Shown here: positions 1 to 8,800 of the stretch, piece by piece | How positions within the stretch are numbered: the stretch's first letter is position 1 | Layout of the letters: each line of letters begins with the position of its first letter | Assembly: GCA_964247055.1 (NCBI GenBank) | Contig: OZ176054.1 | Location: forward strand, 186,001-250,000 | Length of the DNA stretch: 64,000 bases | Source: Paragordius varius | Lineage: Eukaryota; Animalia; Nematomorpha | Direction of reading: 5' to 3' | Position numbers and translations under genes: made by a program | Notes under the pieces: model-generated | What the model saw: only the letters and a program-made list of their open reading frames with translations | Told to the model about the DNA's origin: nothing | Databases searched by the model: none

Positions 1-10
1 CCATAATTTT

Positions 11-149
11 TTTTGGGTAGCCCTATGGTAGTTCCATCATCACCCCAAATATTTTCGAGATCGGAGTATAAATGTAATTTTTATGAATTTTTTAAATATT
101 TAAAAAATTTATTTTATACGATTTTAAAAATAAAAATGGCTACCTAAAA
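11..149. repeat. 12-bp imperfect inverted repeat pair per monomer: TTTTGGGTAGCC (11-22) / GGCTACCTAAAA (138-149)
   Basis: The reverse complement of 138-149 is TTTTAGGTAGCC, an 11/12 match to 11-22. Confidence 0.9.
86..109. repeat. Perfect 24-bp palindrome AATTTTTTAAATATTTAAAAAATT, present in most monomers
   Basis: The sequence equals its own reverse complement (checked base by base). Confidence 0.97.
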
Positions 150-719
150 TCCAAATTTGATCAGGTGATGTCACTATAATTTTTTTTGGGTAGCCCTATG
201 GTAGTTCCATCATCACCCCAAATATTTTCGAGATCGGAGTATAAATGTAATTTTTATGAATTTTTTATATATTTAAAAAATTTATTTTATACGATTTTAA
301 AAATAAAAATGGCTACCTAAAATCCAAATTTGATCAGGTGATGTCACCATAATTTTTTTTGGGTAGCCCTATGGTAGTTCCATCATCACCCCAAATATTT
401 TCGAGATCGGAGTATAAATGTAATTTTTATGAATTTTTTAAATATTTAAAAATTTATTTTATACGATTTTAAAAATAAAAATGGCTACCTAAAATCCAAA
501 TTTGATCAGGTGATGTCACCATATTTTTTTTTGGGTAGCCCTATGGTAGTTCCATCATCACCCCAAATATTGTCGAGATCGGAGTATAAATGTAATTTTT
601 TTGAATTTTTTAAATATTTAAAAAATTTATTTTATACGATTTTAAAAATAAAAATGGCTACCTAAAATCCAAATTTGATCAGGTGATGTCGCCATAATTT
701 TTTTTGGGTAGCCCTATAG

Positions 720-3700
720 TAGTTCCATCATCACCCCAAATATTTTCGAGATCGGAGTGTAAATGTAATTTTTATGAATTTTTTAAATATTTAAAAAATT
801 TATTTTATACGATTTTAAAAATAAAAATGGCTATTTAAAATCCAAATTTGATCAGGTGATGTCACTATAATTTTTTTTGGGTAGCCCTATGGTAGTTCCA
901 TCATAACCCCAAATATTTTCGAGATCGGAGTATAAATGTAATTTTTATGAATTTTTTAAATATTTAAAAAATTTATTTTATACGATTTTAAAAATAAAAA
1001 TGGCTACCTAAAATCCAAATTTGATCAGGTGATGTCACCATAATTTTTTTTGGGTAGCCCTATGGTAGTTCCATCATCACCCCAAATATTGTCGAGATCG
1101 GAGTATAAATGTAATTTTTTTGAATTTTTTAAATATTTAAAAAATTTATTTTATACGATTTTAAAAATAAAAATGGCTACCTAAAATCCAAATTTGATCA
1201 GGTGATGTCGCCATAATTTTTTTTGCGTAACCCTATGGTAGTTTCATCATCACCCCAAATATTTTGGGGATCGGACTAAATATGTAATTTTTATGAATTT
1301 TTTAAATATTTAAAAAATTTATTTTATACGATTTTAAAAATAAAAATGGCTACCTAAAATCCAAATTTGATCAGGTGATGTCACCATAATTTTTTTTGGG
1401 TAGCCCTATGGTAGTTCCATCATCACCCCAAATATTTTCGAGATCGGAGTATAAATGTAATTTTTATGAATTTTTTAAATATTTAAAAAATTTATTTTAT
1501 ACGATTTTAAAAATAAAAATGGCTACCTAAAATCCAAATTTGATCAGGTGATGTCACCATAATTTTTTTTGGGTAGCCCTATGGTAGTTCCATCATCACC
1601 CCAAATATTGTCGAGATCGGAGTATAAATGTAATTTTTATGAATTTTTTAAATATTTAAAAAATTTATTTTATACGATTTTAAAAATAAAAATGGCTACC
1701 TAAAATCCAAATTTGATCAGGTGATGTCGCCATAATTTTTTTTGGGTAGCCCTATAGTAGTTCCATCATCACCCCAAATATTTTCGAGATCGGAGTGTAA
1801 ATGTAATTTTTATGAATTTTTTAAATATTTAAAAATTTATTTTATACGATTTTAAAAATAAAAATGGCTATTTAAAATCCAAATTTGATCAGGTGATGTC
1901 ACTATAATTTTTTTTGGGTAGCCCTATGGTAGTTCCATCATCACCCCAAATATTTTCGAGATCGGAGTATAAATGTAATTTTTATGAATTTTTTAAATAT
2001 TTAAAAAATTTATTTTATACGATTTTAAAAATAAAAATGGCTACCTAAAATCCAAATTTGATCAGGTGATGTCACCATAATTTTTTTTGGGTAGCCCTAT
2101 GGTAGTTCCATCATCACCCCAAATATTGTCGAGATCGGAGTATAAATGTATTTTTTGTGAATTTTTTAAATATTTAAAAAATTTATTTTATACGATTTTA
2201 AAAATAAAAATGGCTGCCTAAAATCCAAATTTGATCGGGTGATGTCGCCATAATTTTTTTTGCGTAGCCCTATGGTAGTTTCATCATCACCCCAAATATT
2301 TTGGGGATCGGACTATAAATGTAATTTTTATGAATTTTTTAAATATTTAAAAAATTTATTTTATACGATTTTAAAAATAAAAATGTCTACCTAAAATCCA
2401 AATTTGATCAGGTGATGTCACCATATTTTTTTTTGGGTAGCCCTATGGTAGTTCCATCATCACCCCAAATATTGTCGATATCGGAGTATAAATGTAATTT
2501 TTTAGAATTTTTTAAATATTTAAAAAATTTATTTTATACGATTTTAAAAATAAAAATGGCTACCTAAAATCCAAATTTGATCAGGTGATGTCACCATAAT
2601 TTTTTTGGGTAGCCCTATGGTAGTTCCATCATCACCCCAAATATTGTCGAGATCAGTGTATAAATGTAATTTTTTTGAATTTTTTAAATATTTAAAAAAT
2701 TTATTTTATACGATTTTAAAAATAAAAATGGCTACCTAAAATCCAAATTTGATCAGGTGATGTCGCCATAATTTTTTTTGCGTAGCCCTATGGTAGTTTC
2801 ATCATCACCCGAAATATTTTGGGGATCGGACTATAAATGTAATTTTTATGAATTTTTTAAATATTTAAAAAATTTATTTTATACGATTTTAAAAATAAAA
2901 ATGGCTACCTAAAATCCAAATTTGATCAGGTGATGTCATCATAATTTTTTTTGGGTAGCCCTATGGTAGTTCCATCATCACCCCAAATATTGTCGATATC
3001 GGAGTATAAATGTAATTTTTTAGAATTTTTTAAATATTTAAAAAATTTATTTTATACGATTTTAAAAATAAAAATGGCTACCTAAAATCCAAATTTGATC
3101 AGGTGATGTCACCATAATTTTTTTGGGTAGCCCTATGGTAGTTCCATCATCACCCCAAATATTGTCGAGATCAGTGTATAAATGTAATTTTTTTGAATTT
3201 TTTAAATATTTAAAAAATTTATTTTATACGATTTTAAAAATAAAAATGGCTACCTAAAATCCAAATTTGATCAGGTGATGTCGCCATAATTTTTTTTGCG
3301 TAGCCCTATGGTAGTTTCATCATCACCCGAAATATTTTGGGGATCGGACTATAAATGTAATTTTTATGAATTTTTTAAATATTTAAAAAATTTATTTTAT
3401 ACGATTTTAAAAATAAAAATGGCTACCTAAAATCCAAATTTGATCAGGTGATGTCATCATAATTTTTTTTGGGTAGCCCTATGGTAGTTCCATCATCACC
3501 CCAAATATTTTCGAGATCGGAGTGTAAATGTAATTTTTATGAATTTTTTAAATATTTAAAAAATTTATTTTATACGATTTTAAAAATAAAAATGGCTATT
3601 TAAAATCCAAATTTGATCAGGTGATGTCACTATAATTTTTTTTGGGTAGCCCTATGGTAGTTCCATCATAACCCCAAATATTTTCGAGATCGGAGTATAA

Positions 3701-5760
3701 ATGTAATTTTTATGAATTTTTTAAATATTTAAAAAATTTATTTTATACGATTTTAAAAATAAAAATGGCTACCTAAAATCCAAATTTGATCAGGTGATGT
3801 CACCATAATTTTTTTTGGGTAGCCCTATGGTAGTTCCATCATCACCCCAAATATTGTCGAGATCGGAGTATAAATGTAATTTTTTTGAATTTTTTAAATA
3901 TTTAAAAAATTTATTTTATACGATTTTAAAAATAAAAATGGCTACCTAAAATCCAAATTTGATCAGGTGATGTCGCCATAATTTTTTTTGCGTAACCCTA
4001 TGGTAGTTTCATCATCACCCCAAATATTTTGGGGATCGGACTAAATATGTAATTTTTATGAATTTTTTAAATATTTAAAAAATTTATTTTATACGATTTT
4101 AAAAATAAAAATGGCTACCTAAAATCCAAATTTGATCAGGTGATGTCACCATAATTTTTTTTGGGTAGCCCTATGGTAGTTCCATCATCACCCCAAATAT
4201 TTTCGAGATCGGAGTATAAATGTAATTTTTATGAATTTTTTAAATATTTAAAAAATTTATTTTATACGATTTTAAAAATAAAAATGGCTACCTAAAATCC
4301 AAATTTGATCAGGTGATGTCACCATAATTTTTTTTGGGTAGCCCTATGGTAGTTCCATCATCACCCCAAATATTGTCGAGATCGGAGTATAAATGTAATT
4401 TTTATGAATTTTTTAAATATTTAAAAAATTTATTTTATACGATTTTAAAAATAAAAATGGCTACCTAAAATCCAAATTTGATCAGGTGATGTCGCCATAA
4501 TTTTTTTTGGGTAGCCCTATAGTAGTTCCATCATCACCCCAAATATTTTCGAGATCGGAGTGTAAATGTAATTTTTATGAATTTTTTAAATATTTAAAAA
4601 TTTATTTTATACGATTTTAAAAATAAAAATGGCTATTTAAAATCCAAATTTGATCAGGTGATGTCACTATAATTTTTTTTGGGTAGCCCTATGGTAGTTC
4701 CATCATCACCCCAAATATTTTCGAGATCGGAGTATAAATGTAATTTTTATGAATTTTTTAAATATTTAAAAAATTTATTTTATACGATTTTAAAAATAAA
4801 AATGGCTACCTAAAATCCAAATTTGATCAGGTGATGTCACCATAATTTTTTTTGGGTAGCCCTATGGTAGTTCCATCATCACCCCAAATATTGTCGAGAT
4901 CGGAGTATAAATGTATTTTTTGTGAATTTTTTAAATATTTAAAAAATTTATTTTATACGATTTTAAAAATAAAAATGGCTGCCTAAAATCCAAATTTGAT
5001 CGGGTGATGTCGCCATAATTTTTTTTGCGTAGCCCTATGGTAGTTTCATCATCACCCCAAATATTTTGGGGATCGGACTATAAATGTAATTTTTATGAAT
5101 TTTTTAAATATTTAAAAAATTTATTTTATACGATTTTAAAAATAAAAATGTCTACCTAAAATCCAAATTTGATCAGGTGATGTCACCATATTTTTTTTTG
5201 GGTAGCCCTATGGTAGTTCCATCATCACCCCAAATATTGTCGATATCGGAGTATAAATGTAATTTTTTAGAATTTTTTAAATATTTAAAAAATTTATTTT
5301 ATACGATTTTAAAAATAAAAATGGCTACCTAAAATCCAAATTTGATCAGGTGATGTCACCATAATTTTTTTGGGTAGCCCTATGGTAGTTCCATCATCAC
5401 CCCAAATATTGTCGAGATCAGTGTATAAATGTAATTTTTTTGAATTTTTTAAATATTTAAAAAATTTATTTTATACGATTTTAAAAATAAAAATGGCTAC
5501 CTAAAATCCAAATTTGATCAGGTGATGTCGCCATAATTTTTTTTGCGTAGCCCTATGGTAGTTTCATCATCACCCGAAATATTTTGGGGATCGGACTATA
5601 AATGTAATTTTTATGAATTTTTTAAATATTTAAAAAATTTATTTTATACGATTTTAAAAATAAAAATGGCTACCTAAAATCCAAATTTGATCAGGTGATG
5701 TCATCATAATTTTTTTTGGGTAGCCCTATGGTAGTTCCATCATCACCCCAAATATTGTCG
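720..5760. repeat. Higher-order duplication, period 2765 bp (16 monomers): ~720-2995 repeated at ~3485-5760
   Basis: Variants offset by exactly 2765: GGCTATTT 831/3596 and 1868/4633; CATAACCCC 901/3666; GCGTAACCC 1225/3990; GGCTGCC 2211/4976; ATGTCTACC 2381/5146; GATCAGTG 2651/5416. Confidence 0.93.
2421..3456. repeat. Tandem 3-monomer duplication (518 bp x2)
   Basis: GTCGATATC at 2471/2989 and GATCAGTG at 2651/3169. Monomer starts 2421, 2939, 3457. Confidence 0.9.
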
Positions 5761-5876
5761 AGATCGGAGTATAAATGTAATTTTTTTGAATTTTTTAAAT
5801 ATTTAAAAAATTTATTTTATACGATTTTAAAAATAAAAATGGCTACCTAAAATCCAAATTTGATCAGGTGATGACG

Positions 5877-8800
5877 CCATAATTTTTTTTGGGTAGCCCT
5901 ATGGTAGTTCCATCACCCCAAATATTTTCGAGATCGGAGTATAAATGTAATATGTAATTTTTATGAATTTTTTAAATATTTAAAAAATTTATTTTATACG
6001 ATTTTAAAAATAAAAATGGCTACCTAAAATCCAAATTTGATCAGGTGATGTCACCATAATTTTTTTTGTGTAGCCCTATGGTAGTTCCATCATCACCCCA
6101 AATATTTTCGAGATCGGAGTATAAATGTAATTTTTATGAATTTTTTAAATATTTAAAAAATTTATTTTATACGATTTTAAAAATAAAAATGGCTACCTAA
6201 AATTCAAATTTGATCAGGTGATGTCGCCATAATTTTTTTTGGGTAGCCCTATAGTAGTTCCATCATCACCCCAAATATTTTCGAGATCGGAGTATAAATG
6301 TAATTTTTATGAATTTTTTGAATATTTAAAAAATTTATTTTATACGATTTTAAAAATAAAAATGGCTACCTAAAATCCAAATTTGATCAGGTGATGTCAC
6401 CATAATTTCTTTTGGGTAGCCCTATGGTAGTTCCATCATCACCCCAAATATTGTCGAGATCGGAGTATTGATGTAATTTTTTTGAATTTTTTAAATATTT
6501 AAAAAATTTATTTTATACGATTTTAAAAATAAAAATGGCTACCTAAAATCCAAATTTGATCAGGTGATGTCACCATAATTTTTTTTGGGTAGCCCTATGG
6601 TAGTTCCATCATCACCCCAAATATTTTCGAGATCGGAGTATAAATGTAATTTTTATGAATTTTTTAAATATTTAAAAAATTTATTTTATACGATTTTAAA
6701 AATAAAAATGGCTACCTAAAATCCAAATTTTATCAGGTGATGTCACCATAATTTTTTTTGGGTAGCCCTATGGTAGTTCCATCATCACCCCAAATATTTT
6801 CGAGATCGGAGTATAAATGTAATTTTTATGAATTTTTTAAATATTTAAAAAATTTATTTTATACGATTTTAAAAATAAAAATGGCTACCTAAAATCCAAA
6901 TTTTCTCAGGTGATGTCACCATATTTTTTTTTGGGTAGCCCTATGGTAGTTCCATCATCACCTCAAATATTTTGGGGATCGGACTATAAATGTAATTTTT
7001 ATGAATTTTTTAAATATTTAAAAAATTTATTTTATACGATTTTAAAAATAAAAATGGCTACCTAAAATCCAAATTTGATCAGGTGATGACGCCATAATTT
7101 TTTTGGGTAGCCCTATGGTAGTTCCATCATCACCCCAAATATTTTCGAGATCGGAGTATAAATGTAATTTTTATGAATTTTTTAAATATTTAAAAAATTT
7201 ATTTTATACGATTTTAAAAATAAAAATGGCTACCTACAAATTTGATCAGGTGATGTCGCCATAATTTTTTTTGGGTAGCCCTATAGTAGTTCCATCATCA
7301 CCCCAAATATTTTCGAGATGGGAGTATAAATGTAATTTTTATGAATTTTTTAAATATTTAAAAAATTTATTTTATACGATTTTAAAAATAAAAATGGCTA
7401 CCTAAAATCCAAATTTGATCAGGTGATGACGCCATAATTTTTTTTGGGTAGCCCTATGGTAGTTCCATCACCCCAAATATTTTCGAGATCGGAGTATAAA
7501 TGTAATTTTTATGAATTTTTTAAATATTTAAAAAATTTATTTTATATGATTTTAAAAATAAAAATGGCTACCTAAAATCCAAATTTGATCAGGTGATGTC
7601 ACCATAATTTTTTTTGTGTAGCCCTATGGTAGTTCCATCATCACCCCAAATATTTTCGAGATCGGAGTATAAATGTAATTTTTATGAATTTTTTAAATAT
7701 TTAAAAAATTTATTTTATACGATTTTAAAAATAAAAATGGCTACCTAAAATCCAAATTTGATCAGGTGATGTCGCCATAATTTTTTTTGGGTAGCCCTAT
7801 AGTAGTTCCATTATCACCCCAAATATTTTCGAGATCGGAGTATAAATGTAATTTTTATGAATTTTTTGAATATTTAAAAAATTTATTTTATACGATTTTA
7901 AAAATAAAAATGGCTACCTAAAATCCAAATTTGATCAGGTGATGTCACCATAATTTCTTTTGGGTAGCCCTATGGTAGTTCCATCATCACCCCAAATATT
8001 GTCGAGATCGGAGTATTGATGTAATTTTTTTGAATTTTTTAAATATTTAAAAAATTTATTTTATACGATTTTAAAAATAAAAATGGCTACCTAAAATCCA
8101 AATTTGATCAGGTGATGTCGCCATAATTTTTTTTGGGTAGCCCTATAGTAGTTCCATCATCACCCCAAATATTTTCGAGATCGGAGTATAAATGTAATTT
8201 TTATGAATTTTTTAAATATTTAAAAAATTTATTTTATACGATTTTAAAAATAAAAATGGCTACCTAAAATCCAAATTTGATCAGGTGATGACGCCATAAT
8301 TTTTTTTGGGTAACCCTATAGTAGTTCCATCATCACGCCAAATATTTTCGAGATCGGAGTATAAATGTAATTTTTATGAATTTTTTAAATATTTAAAAAA
8401 TTTATTTTATACGATTTTAAAAATAAAAATGGCTACCTAAAATCCAAATTTGATCAGGTGATGTCACCATAATTTTTTTTGGGTAGCCCTATGGTAGTTC
8501 CATCATCACCCCAAATATTTTCGAGATCGGAGTATAAATGTAATTTTTATGAATTTTTTAAATATTTAGAAAATTTATTTTATACGATTTTAAAAATAAA
8601 AATGGCTACCTAAAATCCAATTTTGATCAGGTGACACCATAATTTTTTTTGGGTAGCCCTATGGTAGTTCCATCATCACCCCAAATATTTTCGAGATCGG
8701 AGTATAAATGTAATTTTTATGAATTTTTTAAATATTTAAAAAATTTATTTTATACGATTTTAAAAATAAAAATGGCTACCTAAAATCCAAATTTGATCAG

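Larger units (their letters stand above)
1..173 (+). repeat. Reference monomer (majority consensus)
   Basis: CCATAATTTTTTTTGGGTAGCCCTATGGTAGTTCCATCATCACCCCAAATATTTTCGAGATCGGAGTATAAATGTAATTTTTATGAATTTTTTAAATATTTAAAAAATTTATTTTATACGATTTTAAAAATAAAAATGGCTACCTAAAATCCAAATTTGATCAGGTGATGTCA. 45 G+C in 173 bp. One BclI site (TGATCA, 158-163) and two GATC sites (59, 159). Confidence 0.97.

Noticed and set aside
7-14. T7/T8/T9 homopolymer length variation as simple sequencing error or as an encoded signal
   Set aside because: Lengths generally co-segregate with flanking variants in duplicated blocks, so most are probably real slippage variants. No pattern beyond the HOR structure was seen.
43-59. G-quadruplex/i-motif potential from GGG, CCCC and GGGG runs
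   Set aside because: At most two or three runs per strand per monomer, separated by long AT loops; this does not fit a four-tract motif.
54-66. CENP-B box-like TTCG...CGG motif (TTCGAGATCGGAG)
   Set aside because: The CENP-B box core needs TTCG-N4-A-N2-CGGG; here only 4 nt separate TTCG from CGG and the required A and final G are missing.
67-147. TATAAA (67-72), AATAAA (129-134) and AAAAATGG Kozak-like start (ATG GCT ACC TAA) in each monomer
   Set aside because: Expected by chance in a block of over 90% AT; there is no independent evidence of promoter or poly(A) function.
59-162. GATC sites as Dam-methylation or oriC-like motifs
   Set aside because: Two GATC per 173 bp in a eukaryote-type satellite, with no DnaA boxes or bacterial gene context.
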